From positions 2,752,001 through 2,816,000 of the forward strand of contig CAXXLL010000003.1 in the NCBI GenBank assembly GCA_963662545.2: a DNA stretch of 64,000 bases, read 5' to 3'. This DNA comes from Gammaproteobacteria bacterium. GTDB lineage: Bacteria > Pseudomonadota > Gammaproteobacteria > Ga0077536. A model generated the notes under the pieces. That model made no database searches, was not told where the DNA came from, and saw only the letters and a program-made list of their open reading frames with translations. The translations under genes and the position numbers were made by a program. Below are positions 1 to 10,887 of the stretch, piece after piece. Positions within the stretch are counted from its first letter, which is position 1; the number at the start of each line of letters is the position of its first letter.

Positions 1-363
1 ATGCTCATCCCGCCGAACGCTATTGGATGACTGCTTCCGAGGGGATTGCAGACGTAATTCTTAGCACTTTTGCACTGCCGTGATTTGGCCGCTGACGACC
101 CTATATAGCTAGTCTGTCCCGCTTTCCGCGATCCTAGACGCAGCCGGCAGGTAGCTGTCGGTGAAGGCGGGACATGCACCCGCAGACTACGAATAAACGA
201 CCCAAACACACGATGTTTGCCGCTTTGATTTCGAGTCCGCGGGTGCGCTTGAGTTCGTCAACGAATACTCAGGGCTAGCCGTCGTACCGGCTCCTATATT
301 GGCTTCGCAGAACTCGAGCGCGCATGTCCCTTCATCAACAGGTAGCACCTCGGGAGGCACAAG

Positions 364-1491
364 ATGAACACCCACGATGATTTTGAGTTCACCGCCTACG
401 TCGGCATCGACTGGTCAGACACCAAACACGATATCTGCATTCAACCCGCCGGCCACCATGACCGGACGTTCGAGCAGATCGCGCATCAGCCTGCGCATAT
501 CGAACACTGGGCACAATCGATGCGTGAACGTTTCGGTGGACCCATCGCCGTCGTCCTTGAGTTGTCCAAAGGACCGATCGTTTCGGCCCTGCAGAAGTAC
601 GACTTCTTCGTGCTGTTTCCGGTCAATCCTTCGATGCTTGCGAAGTACCGCGAAGTCTTCAAACCATCCGGCGCCAAGGATGACCCGACCGACGCCGAGT
701 TGGCCGTCGATTTAGTCTTACGCCATCGCGAGCGCTTCAAACCCCTGCGACCGCAGAGCATCGAGATGCGCACCCTCGCGCACCTGGTCGAGAAACGACG
801 GCGCCTCGTCGAAGACCGCCTGCGATTCTCGAATCGCCTCACCAGTACCCTGAAAGCTTATTTCCCGCAAGCGGTCGAGTGGTTCTCCCATAAGAACACC
901 TTCGTCTTTTGTGCCTTCATCACCCGCTGGCCGACCCTCAAACAGGTCAAGCGCGCCCGGCAGACGACCCTGGAAAGCTTCTTTCGCGAACATCGTGTTC
1001 GGCGACCGCTTATCGTCCAGGCACGTATCCAGGCCATCAGAGACGCGACCCCGCTCACCGACGACCCCGCCGTCATCGAACCCTGCGTACTGGAAGCCGT
1101 TGCCCTCGCTGGGCAGCTCAGAACCACCCTCGAGATCATCAAACGCTTTGACGACGCCATCGCCGACCTGGCGCCATCCATGCCCGATTACAACGTGTTC
1201 GCGTCGCTGCCCGCTGCCGGCCCGGTCTTCACCTCCCGTCTCCTCGTCGCCTTCGGCGAAGACCGACAACGCTTCGGCAATGCCGATGAAGTCCAACGTT
1301 ACTCAGGCGTCGCTCGCGTCACCGAGCGCAGTGGCAAATCCTCCTGGGTGCATTGGCGCTGGGCGTGTCCCACCTTCGTGCGACAAACTTGCGTCGAATG
1401 GGCCGAAAAAACCGTCTTCGCGTATAAGCAGTATAAACAGGCTTTTCGTCCAGCAGCATCCCGTCGTCACGTTTGTCGGTGGCCGGTCTGA
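364..1491 (+). pseudogene. IS110-family recombinase/transposase, C-terminally truncated (homology ends ~1420)
   Basis: N-terminal YVGIDWSDTKHD, AKDDPTDAELA, and a C-terminal SLPAAGPV..YSGVARVTERSG Tnp domain; runs into IS91-derived DNA after ~1420. Confidence 0.85.
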
Positions 1492-1765
1492 CCCGCGAAC
1501 GCCCTCAAACCGGTATTCCGGCGCCCGAATCTACCCCGGCCGCGGGTTCGCCTGTGTACGGTTCGCCGTGGCACCGGCCCACAGGCCAGCCGCCACCGTG
1601 GCCGCGCCGCTGGTGTCGCAGCGTGAAAACCTTGCGGCCCTGTTGCGGTCCGACCGCGATGCGGTACGTGATTGACGAACCCAGGAGCTCATCCATCGGC
1701 CCAGCCTCGAGGCCATCGCCGGCCAGATAGCTGTTCTGCGCGTCCCGCGTAAGCCACCCCTGCGG
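1421..1765 (-). mobile_element. Internally deleted IS91/ISCR-like remnant with oriIS-like end
   Basis: Minus-strand peptide YLAGDGLEAGPMDELLGSSITYRIAVGPQQGRKVFTL is homologous to the IS91 Tnp at 7402-8139; end GCCTGTTTATACTGCTTATACG resembles oriIS. Confidence 0.65.
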
Positions 1766-2125
1766 TTCGAGATCGCAGACATCCTGCATGCCAATCCGCG
1801 ATGTCAGCATGTCCGCCGCTCGGACGAACTCCGCTGTCAGATCGAGACCGCTTACGCGACAGCCGAATTCCGCGGCCAGCGTGCGTGCAGGGCCGCTGAT
1901 ATCGCATCCGAGGTCGAGCACATGCATGTCCGCCCGCATACCGGCAAAAGCGGCGAGGTCACGGGTCGAGGCAATACCGCCGCCATGAAATTCGTCGAAT
2001 GGCGTCCGGTCGCGGCGTTCGAGTCGTTCCAAGTCACGCCCCGCCACCCGCAGGCTGGCGAGAATCCGGGCGCAACTATCGGCGCTGCCGTAATGCTGCT
2101 CGACGGCGTGCTCAGGCGACTCCAT
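1766..2125 (-). pseudogene. SAM-dependent methyltransferase, 3' truncated by the IS91 remnant
   Basis: DEFHGGGIAST..HVLDLGCDISGPAR (degenerate motif I); the ORF fuses into IS91 sequence. Confidence 0.7.
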
Positions 2126-2146
2126 CAGCCACCCGCCAGGCGTGGT

Positions 2147-2890
2147 TCAACGAAGGTAGTCATGCAGAACCTGGCCGTGTTCGAGCGCGCACGAGCTTTC
2201 GAAGAAGTAGCCCCCCTCAATGGATTTAATCGGAATGTCGGCCACGCGATCCGATGGCGATTCACCGAAGACGAGGGTGGCGGGGCCGCAATGCACATCT
2301 CCGATCTGCATGTTGGTCAGTGTGGTCGTGGTCAGTTGATCGACGTCAGGCGGGGCGCCGAGTGCGACGTTGGGGATGAACTTGCGCGTAACCCATTCGG
2401 TTGTGCCGCCCAGGTCTTCCGCAGGCATCATTGATTGCATGCGCATGGACGCGTCGATCACCGTGAACCCGCCGCGCTCAACCGTCGCGCGCACGACATC
2501 ATCGGTGGTGTCGAGCGTCAGGCGGCCAAGTTTCTTGGGATACCCCCAGATTTCGCGCCCAGCGCCCATCGCGACGTCGCTATCCAGTATCATATAAATA
2601 CTGAAGTTGACGAAGCGTCGATCGTAGGTTGCATGAGTGGAAATGTGCGCCTCGTAATAGCGGCCGACGCCAGAGCACAGGAAATCCACGACCTGGGCGA
2701 ACATCAGGCTATCCTTGTTTGGTGTTAGCGGGGGCGGAACCAGTTGGCGCAGAACCTTGGGGTCTGTTTTGAACGCCACAGTGATCTGACTCATTTCGCG
2801 ATAATGGAACGGCGGTTTGCCGTAAAGTTCGGACAATTCGGGCATGCTATAGCTGCGCGCACTCAAGCTGTCAGCGGGCTTCCGGGCCAT
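2147..2890 (-). CDS. Acetoacetate decarboxylase family protein
   Basis: AGREIWGYPKKLG Schiff-base Lys motif; RBS GGAG upstream. Confidence 0.85.
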   Translation of the reverse strand: MARKPADSLSARSYSMPELSELYGKPPFHYREMSQITVAFKTDPKVLRQLVPPPLTPNKDSLMFAQVVDFLCSGVGRYYEAHISTHATYDRRFVNFSIYMILDSDVAMGAGREIWGYPKKLGRLTLDTTDDVVRATVERGGFTVIDASMRMQSMMPAEDLGGTTEWVTRKFIPNVALGAPPDVDQLTTTTLTNMQIGDVHCGPATLVFGESPSDRVADIPIKSIEGGYFFESSCALEHGQVLHDYLR

Positions 2891-3164
2891 GGTCGTCTCC
2901 CCAGGGAACTGAAATGAAGGCGACTAGTATATCCGCAGGCGGTCACACGGCAGATTTCGACATGGATATAAGTAGCCTGAAATGCGCAGAAAACTGATTG
3001 TCGTCGTGTTCGCCGCGCTCGCCGCATTACGATGGCCCGGCGGGCACTCATTTCGATGGTGTGCACTTCCATAGACTAAAGTGCGGAGGTATGCATGATG
3101 CCACTTTGAGCGGCTGCGTCGGACGGCGGCGGCGATCCGGACCCGCCCCGCGTGCAGGCGGCGC

Positions 3165-4286
3165 TTACTCGAGTTTACCGAAATTGATCCGCATGTCGTC
3201 GGGCGTGATGTCGACCTTTACCCGCGTCGCGCGCTGGGGCACGCGTTCACCGTCGATGACGCGGGGCCTGAACCGCCATTTGCTCACCGCCGACAGCACT
3301 GCTTGGTCGAATACGCCTGCGGGAAAAGACTCCAGCACCCGGGCGCCGGTGGCGCGTCCGTCGGTAGTGATGTCGAGCTCAGCCAGCACCCATCCTTCGC
3401 GTTCGTTGATGCCCCTGGGAATGATCGGATACACCATGACCAGCGGCTTTGCTTCACCTTCCTCGTCCTTGATTAGTTCCACCAGCTTGTCGCCGTGATA
3501 TTTTTGTCGCTCGTCGTTTTTCAGAGCTTCGTACACTGCGGCCAGGCTGCCGTGCGCCCGCAAGATGCGCGTATCGTCTTCGGGGAGTTGTTCCTGAAAG
3601 ATCCGCAGCGCGTCCAGATAGTATTTTTCCGCCGATTCGAACTTGTTCAGGCGGTTTTCGATTGCACCGCGCTGGAGGATGATCTCGCCCACGGCGGGAT
3701 GACGTTCACCCATCGACTTTGCGATGATCTCCTGCGCGCGTATCAGTGAATTGTGTGCGTTCGGCCCCTCGCCGATATTAGCTTCGAAACTGGCGATATT
3801 GATCAGCAGCGCGGCGATCTCCGGATCGTCCGGTCCCTTGTTGGTCTTCAAGACGTTCAGCGTTTTGCTGTAATAAAGACGCGCTTTGCCGAATTCGCCC
3901 TGGGCCCAGCGCAGCACTGCGAGGTCCCGATACACGGTCAACAGATTCATGTCCGTCTCGCTGTTGATGCTCGACAGCATCTCCTGGGCGCGGAGCAGAT
4001 GAGCCTCCGCCTCCTCCAGGCGCCGAAGTTCGAACAACACGTGGCCGAGATTTATCTCGAGGACGGCAGTCTTTTCATGGTTGGGTCCCAGCTCGGCGAT
4101 GCCCAGCTCGAGCGCCCGGGCGGCCAGCTCCGCGGCCTCCTCATGCTCACCGTCGATGTAGGCCTTGTCATAACCCCGATAGGCCTCCATGAAGGCGTCT
4201 GACACATCCTGAGCCGCCGCCGGGAGGCAACCCAGCACCGCACACAAGCATGTTACGAGGGCGGGTTTGCGAATTCTCCTGTTCAT
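3165..4286 (-). CDS. Secreted TPR-repeat protein with C-terminal TonB_C domain
   Basis: Signal peptide, TPR repeats, C-terminal YP..EGWV..DITTDG..VFDQAVLSAVSKWRFRP; start uncertain (4286 or 4316). Confidence 0.8.
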   Translation of the reverse strand: MNRRIRKPALVTCLCAVLGCLPAAAQDVSDAFMEAYRGYDKAYIDGEHEEAAELAARALELGIAELGPNHEKTAVLEINLGHVLFELRRLEEAEAHLLRAQEMLSSINSETDMNLLTVYRDLAVLRWAQGEFGKARLYYSKTLNVLKTNKGPDDPEIAALLINIASFEANIGEGPNAHNSLIRAQEIIAKSMGERHPAVGEIILQRGAIENRLNKFESAEKYYLDALRIFQEQLPEDDTRILRAHGSLAAVYEALKNDERQKYHGDKLVELIKDEEGEAKPLVMVYPIIPRGINEREGWVLAELDITTDGRATGARVLESFPAGVFDQAVLSAVSKWRFRPRVIDGERVPQRATRVKVDITPDDMRINFGKLE

Positions 4287-4586
4287 CGTCCGTCGCGCGG
4301 GTGGCTGTGGGCGCAAAATATACCAGACCGACTTAGGCTACTATAGCCGTTGCCCGCCCGACGAATCATCCAGCGCTTGCACAAGGGTAGTTTTGTTCGA
4401 AAGAATCCGCCGGATGAACTCGGATCATTCACAGTGTGCGGCATACCCCGGGCACCCGGCGGAGCGGGGTTTCGTTCGCGACCGCGACCCTGATCCCGCG
4501 CCCGCGGCTGCGGTACCCTCTGCAGGCGGGACCGCCGAGCCGTCGCATGCCGGTATCGGCTGACGCCCGGCGCACTTACCGCACTG

Positions 4587-4730
4587 ATGTCCGTCGCTGT
4601 AATTATACCGACCCACAACCGCGCGCCGGTGCTGGCCCGCGCACTCGACTCGGTGCTGCGTCAGGAGCCGAAACCGGGTGAGATAATCGTGGTGGACGAC
4701 GGCTCGACGGACGACACGCCGGTTATGTGA
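4587..4730 (+). pseudogene. Glycosyltransferase family 2 N-terminal fragment
   Basis: Own translation: MSVAVIIPTHNRAPVLARALDSVLRQEPKPGEIIVVDDGSTDDTPVM*. Confidence 0.75.
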
Positions 4731-4761
4731 CAACGGCGATCCGTGCGGCTCGTGGCCTGAG

Positions 4762-5178
4762 TTGTCCGGACCGCCGGATCTCACTTTGGTGCGCGACACC
4801 ATTGCGACCTTACGCGCGTTGAACAAAGAAGAGGCGGTCGATCTGATCTGGTACGGTGGCGCTCGCTCGGGCACGGATGCGGCGAAGCTCATCGCCATGG
4901 GATGCAAGGCGGTGGTCTACGGCCTGCCGGTCGCTCTCGCGGTAGGCGGATCGATGTCCGCCGCGGGCCTCGACTTCACCGCCGACCGCAGCGCAGACGA
5001 GCGGTCGGACGCGACCGTCAACATCATGAAAGCATATGCGGCCGAAGCCTCCATGATGGCGCGATGCACCGGCAAGACCCGGCTGCACAACCTCGAGCCC
5101 GAGAACCTCCGCTCGATCACGATCGCCCCTGCGGACACGAGCGGGATACCGATGCCCGGCACACGCTTGGAGGCCTGA
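4762..5178 (+). pseudogene. FMN-binding glutamate synthase-like protein, C-terminal fragment
   Basis: GGARSGTDAAKLIAMG..MMARCTGKTRLHNLEPENLR; 5' part missing. Confidence 0.7.
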
Positions 5179-5221
5179 ACCGCTCTTTTCGCCCGCTCGA
5201 GGGCGAACAACTCCCGGTGAG

Positions 5222-6295
5222 CTAGCTCCCGCCCAATAGCTGCGCCTTGCGCACGTCTCCCTTGCGAATCGAGCGCCCGGAGGCCGCGAACGCCAGACCG
5301 ACGAGCAGCCGAATCACGGTACCGAGAACCGGCCATTTATATCGCGCCTGCATCGCCGCGTACGGCCGATCGCGCTCCCACGCCCGTTGAACGATCGCGA
5401 GGATCTCCGCAGGGTCCTCCCTGCGTCCGGGACGCTGGCGCGCAGTGGCCAGATCGGTCTCGGCGTTCTTCTTGAGGAGCATGTCCATCTCGGCAACCAG
5501 AAAGTTGCGGGGGTGCAGGAAGTCGGACGTTGCGAGCACGGGCCCCCGCTCGCGGACTGCCACGAGCTCGAATCCGGCCTTCTCGCAGAGCCCCGCGAGC
5601 GTCGTGCGCGAGAAGTAATACGTGTGTACCAGCTTGAAGTACTGAGGAATGCCGCGCCGCAGGACGAGGCCGCGCAGATCGGGCGTCTGTAGATAGAGAT
5701 AGCCACCGCTGCGCAAGACGCGATTCATCTCCACGAGCGCCGCGAGGGGATCGACGAAGTGCTCGATGATCGCGAGCCCGTTGACGAGATCGAAGGTGCC
5801 GGATGGCAGGCCGTTCTGCATGAAATCGGTTTGATGCACCTCGATACCGAACCGCTCCCCGGCAATCGTCGCGGCCTGCACCGACTGCTCGATGCCCAAT
5901 AACCGGTTCGAATCGTCGAAATTTTTCAGCCACGCGCCGTAGCCGCAGCCGATATCGAGAATGGACCAGCCCCCCACTTCGGGCAGGTGACCAATCAACC
6001 ATTGGAAAAGAACGTCGTGCCGCCATTCGCAGGCGTGCAGATGCTTGTCGATGTCGAAGCCGTCGGACGACTGGCCGACGTAGTACTCGCTGCCGTAGAA
6101 GCGGGCCAGGGCATCGCCTACAGGCTGCGGATTGAGAAACGACAGCCCGCATTTCGCACAGACGACCGCCTGCAGAGGCTGACCGAACAAGTGCCCCGGG
6201 TGCCTGACACGCGAGGACATGAGCGGCTCGTGATGTGTCGGATCGGCGCCGCATGCGACGCACGGCACGAGCTTGAAGCGCGGCGTGTCGCTCAT
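5222..6295 (-). CDS. Class I SAM-dependent methyltransferase with N-terminal CxxC Zn motifs
   Basis: CVAC..CAKC, ILDIGCGYG, IEHFVDP. Confidence 0.85.
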   Translation of the reverse strand: MSDTPRFKLVPCVACGADPTHHEPLMSSRVRHPGHLFGQPLQAVVCAKCGLSFLNPQPVGDALARFYGSEYYVGQSSDGFDIDKHLHACEWRHDVLFQWLIGHLPEVGGWSILDIGCGYGAWLKNFDDSNRLLGIEQSVQAATIAGERFGIEVHQTDFMQNGLPSGTFDLVNGLAIIEHFVDPLAALVEMNRVLRSGGYLYLQTPDLRGLVLRRGIPQYFKLVHTYYFSRTTLAGLCEKAGFELVAVRERGPVLATSDFLHPRNFLVAEMDMLLKKNAETDLATARQRPGRREDPAEILAIVQRAWERDRPYAAMQARYKWPVLGTVIRLLVGLAFAASGRSIRKGDVRKAQLLGGS

Positions 6296-6695
6296 CTCGA
6301 AAGGCCGGCCATGTCGAGAACCCTCGGGATATGCCGCTCCCAGCCGAGCGCCATGAAATGCACGCCGGCACAGACTCCGTCGAGCGCTCCGATGGTACGC
6401 GCCGCTATCTCGAAGCTCGTCATAACGACGTCCTCGGCGTCGCGAAGCGCTTCCATGATCGCGTCGGGGACGTTGATCCCGGGGACGTTGCCGCCCAGGT
6501 CCCGGTCCTGATTCAGGGACTGCACGGTCTTCAGCAGGCCGATCGCCTCGAGATTGAAGACGGCTTTCGCGTCCGGGTGGTCGCCCGCGGCGGGATCGTC
6601 ACCTGACATGCACACCACGTTGCGCAGCCCGAGCGCGTGCGCGGACAGCAGATCCGCCTGCAGGGCGATGCGGTTTCGATCGCGATCCGAGCTTG
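6292..6695 (-). pseudogene. Methylenetetrahydrofolate reductase fragment (5' truncated, internal deletion)
   Basis: RDRNRIALQADLL..GLRNVVCMSGD..GDHPDAKAVF..GVHFMALGWE. Confidence 0.75.
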
Positions 6696-6747
6696 CACAT
6701 GTTTTTACGCGGGATCCCCTTACTCCCGGCGCGCGCGGGTACCACAG

Positions 6748-8227
6748 GCATATAGGAAATATAACCCCCTTATATGGTGGGTTTCCAGGCTATCGGGTTA
6801 TTCATTGTGGCGGGACTGACGCTGTTCATGGCGTGATCAGGCGGTGGTTGCGGCGGAATTTGTGTGGAATTTAGGGCGAGATCGGGCGGACATGCGGGGT
6901 CAGGTTGAACAAGAGCCTGCCGCATCGGGGCACGGCATCTGTGGGGGAACGGGGCAGTTCAGGTTGTGTTGAACAGGCTGGCCTGAGGGGGTGCCCGGGG
7001 TTCGGGTAATGAATTGATCCGGGTGATGGGCTTGGTTCTGTCGAGGTGGTCGAGAATCTTGCGGATGACGAGGGGGTCTTCGATGCAGGCCATGACCTTC
7101 AGGGTGCCGTCACAGGCCTGGCAGGTGGTGATGTCGATGTGGCCTACAGGGATGTAGGTCAGGGGCATGAGCAGGACGCGGAAGCTTTGAAGACCCGCTT
7201 GAGGCGTTGCGCCCAGGTCGCCGCTCTTGCGCATCCCTGCGCCCGCGGCATTAGTGCATCCCTGCACGTCATGGCGGTATGGCGCTCGGCGGGGGTTCGG
7301 TCGTGTGTCTCGTCGGTGGCGCTCTTGCGGCCCTTGCCGCGCCTGGCCGGAGTGATCAGTGCCCGGTGTTTGCTGTTGGGGGCGAAGACACCGTGACAAA
7401 TTTATCTGGAATAAATTTGGACGACCGAAGGTCGCCCGAAGGGTGAGGAACAGGGATGTTCCTCATCAAAGCGGGTGAGGTTGACTCGGGGTTTGGGGAT
7501 CAGTGCGGCGAGGCGTGCAATGAAATCCAGCGGCTCGAAGATCACGTGGGTCGTTCCGTCACGCCAGGGGTTCTTGAGGGTGTATCGGACCTGGCTGTGT
7601 TCGGTCAGTGACAGGCGCTTTTCGGATACGGCGGGGCGGGTGATGGTGCGGCACAGGCGTTCGAGCTTGTCGCGTTCATGGGCTTTGGCCGCCACACCGG
7701 CATGCAGGGAGAATCCGGCGACATTGCCCATCCGGGTGGAGAACGGTTCGTCGCTGGCGGGGAGTGACTGCAGGGTTAGCACCTTGCGTCCCTGGCGGGG
7801 TCCGGTGGCGATGCGGTAGGTGACGGAATGCCCGGTCAGGGACGCCATGGGATCGTCACTTTCGGTGTCCATGCTCAGGTATGCGGTCTCGTCATCGCGC
7901 ACTAGCAGTCCCTGGCGTTCGAGAAAGCGGCTCACGCGATGGGCAATGGTGTGGGTCAGCCGGGTGAGTTCGTCGCTCGTGGGTGCAGTCACCCATCGAA
8001 ACCGCGTGCCGGCGCGGGTGTCATCCACATAGACGCCATCGAGGAACAGCATGTGACAAATCGGCAGGACAGCCGATTTGCACGACCGAAGGTCGCCCAA
8101 AGGGTGGCGCACACGGATGCGCGCCATGTAAGTGGACATTGAGGTTGAGTGCGCCGCCGAAGCGCTGAATGAGGGTGACGGCGCCGGTGCGCGCGGTGGT
8201 GGCGGTGTAGCCGGCCTTGCGAATCAA
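6748..8227 (-). mobile_element. IS91/ISCR-like rolling-circle element; transposase 5'-truncated and disrupted by four small insertions
   Basis: TGAVTLIQRFGGALNLNVH.HMLFLDG (HUH), GFSLHAGV, LERLCR.ITRP, PKPRVNLTRF.HGVFAPN, AMTWAQRLKRVF; oriIS-like GGGGTTATATTTCCTATATG at 6749-6768. Confidence 0.9.
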
Positions 8228-8357
8228 GTGGGCCTCGCGGGTCGGCTATTCAGATCTGGGCGTGAATCGCAAGCGCGTCGAAGCGTTGCGAGCGCAGCTT
8301 CCGACCGGCGCGCGATAACGCGAGCCACACAACCAAGAGGTGTCCGCGTTCTTTTCA

Positions 8358-10817
8358 TCAAGCTCTGATTCGTTTCATGTCCGGGTCGTACAACGGTTTT
8401 AGTGAACAACTGCAGGGATAGAGCTCGCCGGCAATCTCGATCGCCCAGATCCCCCCGCTTAAATAGGCCTGGTCTACCGACTCTGAGGCTTCGATCAGCG
8501 CGAGACCGACGGCGCCGCCGAGGGTGTGGCCGTAGCTGCCGGCGCGCACGTAGCCGACCGGCTGCCCGTTGCGCCTGATGACTTCGGCATGCCACAAGAG
8601 CGGCTCCGGATCTTCGACCAGGACTTGTACCAGGCGCCTTTTGTACGGTCCGGCCGCCATCTTGCGCGCGGCCGCTTCTTTACCGATGAAGCCATTCGCT
8701 TTGCCGAGGTCGACGGCAAATCCCAGACCCGTTTCGAAAGGATTATCCGTATTGTCAAGATCGTGACCGAAGTCCCGGTAGCCCTTTTCCAGCCTGAGAC
8801 TTCCCAGCGCCTTGAGCCCCGCGTGCAAGAGCCCATGTTTCTTGCCCTCTGACACGAGCTCTTCATAAACATGTATCGCCTGTTCGCTCGATATATAGAG
8901 CTCGTAACCCAGTTCGCCGACATAGGTGATGCGCACGCAGAGCACGCGTGCATAGCAGATTTCTATTTCACGCGCAGTTCGGAATGGAAAAGTCTCATTG
9001 CTCATGTCAATCGAGGTTAATCCTTGTAGCAACGCGCGACTCGATGGACCCTGAATGTTGATCTGTGTGTACGCCGAGGTTACGTCGGTCACAAAAACGT
9101 GGGAATCAGCCGGGATATTACGGCGCATCCATGTTTCCGTGTGACGGTGCATGGTGTCGCTGACGACAACAAGGAAGGTTTCTTCGTCAAGCTTGCTCAC
9201 GGTGAGATCGGCTTCGAGATTGCCCTTTGGGTTGAGCCATTGGGTATAGGTGATCACGCCGCAGTCGCCATCGACATTATTGGCGGAGATGTGGTTCAAC
9301 ACGCGACCGGCGTCGCGGCCCTGGACCAGGAATTTCGACATGAAGCTCATATCCATCAGGATCACGCCCTCGCGACAAGCCTTGTGCTCGGCCTGCCAGT
9401 AGGGCCACCAGTTCATCCGCCCCCAGCTCAATTTGTCGACTTGCTGCTCTACATCCCCGGCAGCGTACCAGTCAGCGGCCTCCCAACCGCTGACCTCGCG
9501 AAAATACGCGCCGGCCTCCGCGAGGCGATCATGGAGTACGGAGCGTTTTACCCCACGTGCGGTCTCTGGTGATCGGGTCGGGTAGTGGCACTGGTAAACC
9601 ATGCCAAGCGTTTCAACCGTCCGCGCACGACGATGCTCGGCATTGGACTGATAACGATGGAGTCTGTCTATATTGAAGCCGGTCACGTCGACATCCGGTG
9701 AACCGTTGATGATCCAATGAGCCATCACGCGACCTAGACCGCCGCCGGAGAGAATGCCGATCGAATTGAGTCCAGCCGCAACGAAATAGTTTTTCAATTC
9801 CGGCGCCTCACCAACGATCGGCTGCAGGTCCGGCGTGAAGCTTTCTGGCCCGCAGAAGAACTTCCTGATACCCGTTTCGATCGACACAGGCACTCGGCTC
9901 ATGGCCTTCTCCAGGTACGGACCCATCCGCTCCAGATCCGGCTCGAGTTCGGCAAAAGAAAAGTTTTCCGGAATGCGCCCGACATTCCACGGCGCGCACA
10001 CCGGCTCGAAGAGGCCGATCAGCAGTCCGCCCACTTCCTCACGAAAGTAACCGTAATGCGAAGGATCTTCGAGAACCGGCCAGTCGCGACTCAAGCCGTC
10101 AATGTCGTCGGTGATCACGTAGTAATGCTCCGCAGCCTGGTTGGGGATGCTCACACCATGCTCGGCGCCAAACTGGCGAGCCCACATCCCTGCGCAATTG
10201 ACAACGTACTCACACGCGATCGAGCCTTCCTCAGTAGTCACGCTGGTGACCCGTCTGTTTTTCTGCTTGACACCTGTTGCGGCGATACCGGTAAACAGCT
10301 TCGCACCCTGCATGCGGGCACCCTTTGCAAGCGCCATGGTCAGGTCAACGGGGTTCACGCGGCCGTCGTCCCTGACATAAAAACCGGCCAAAATGTCGTC
10401 GGTCCGCGCGATCGGAAACAAGTCGCGAACCTCTTTTGGCGATATTTCCTCTACTTCGATCCCACAATAACGATTGAATGCCGCGATCCGGCGGTACTCC
10501 TCCAGGCGATCGGCGTCGGTAGCCACTTCAATAAACCCGCATTGATGGAGTCCGGTGGCCTGTCCCGTTTCCTGCTCCAGACGCGCGTAAAGGTCACGGC
10601 TGTATTTGCGCATCTCCGTCGAGGTTTCGGATGTGCTACCGAACGTGACCACGAGCCCCGCAGCGTGCCATGTGGTACCGGAAGTGATCTCATCACGTTC
10701 CAGCAATACCACGTCTTTACAACCCATGTTAACCAAGTGGTAAGCAACTGAAGTGCCTATTATTCCGCCGCCGATGATGACCACTTGCGCGGTGTCAGGG
10801 AGTTGCATGGTCGCCAT
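8358..10817 (-). CDS. GcvT-family FAD oxidoreductase (dimethylglycine/sarcosine dehydrogenase-like)
   Basis: IIGGGIIG, SGTTWHAAG, GPESFTPD, TYVGELGYE, LRLEKGYR; 819 aa. Confidence 0.92.
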   Translation of the reverse strand: MATMQLPDTAQVVIIGGGIIGTSVAYHLVNMGCKDVVLLERDEITSGTTWHAAGLVVTFGSTSETSTEMRKYSRDLYARLEQETGQATGLHQCGFIEVATDADRLEEYRRIAAFNRYCGIEVEEISPKEVRDLFPIARTDDILAGFYVRDDGRVNPVDLTMALAKGARMQGAKLFTGIAATGVKQKNRRVTSVTTEEGSIACEYVVNCAGMWARQFGAEHGVSIPNQAAEHYYVITDDIDGLSRDWPVLEDPSHYGYFREEVGGLLIGLFEPVCAPWNVGRIPENFSFAELEPDLERMGPYLEKAMSRVPVSIETGIRKFFCGPESFTPDLQPIVGEAPELKNYFVAAGLNSIGILSGGGLGRVMAHWIINGSPDVDVTGFNIDRLHRYQSNAEHRRARTVETLGMVYQCHYPTRSPETARGVKRSVLHDRLAEAGAYFREVSGWEAADWYAAGDVEQQVDKLSWGRMNWWPYWQAEHKACREGVILMDMSFMSKFLVQGRDAGRVLNHISANNVDGDCGVITYTQWLNPKGNLEADLTVSKLDEETFLVVVSDTMHRHTETWMRRNIPADSHVFVTDVTSAYTQINIQGPSSRALLQGLTSIDMSNETFPFRTAREIEICYARVLCVRITYVGELGYELYISSEQAIHVYEELVSEGKKHGLLHAGLKALGSLRLEKGYRDFGHDLDNTDNPFETGLGFAVDLGKANGFIGKEAAARKMAAGPYKRRLVQVLVEDPEPLLWHAEVIRRNGQPVGYVRAGSYGHTLGGAVGLALIEASESVDQAYLSGGIWAIEIAGELYPCSCSLKPLYDPDMKRIRA

Positions 10818-10887
10818 TGAGTGGACCCCTGATGACGAACACCTTTATGCTAAACATCATCAATGTAGACCAAGAGAGCTAATATCA

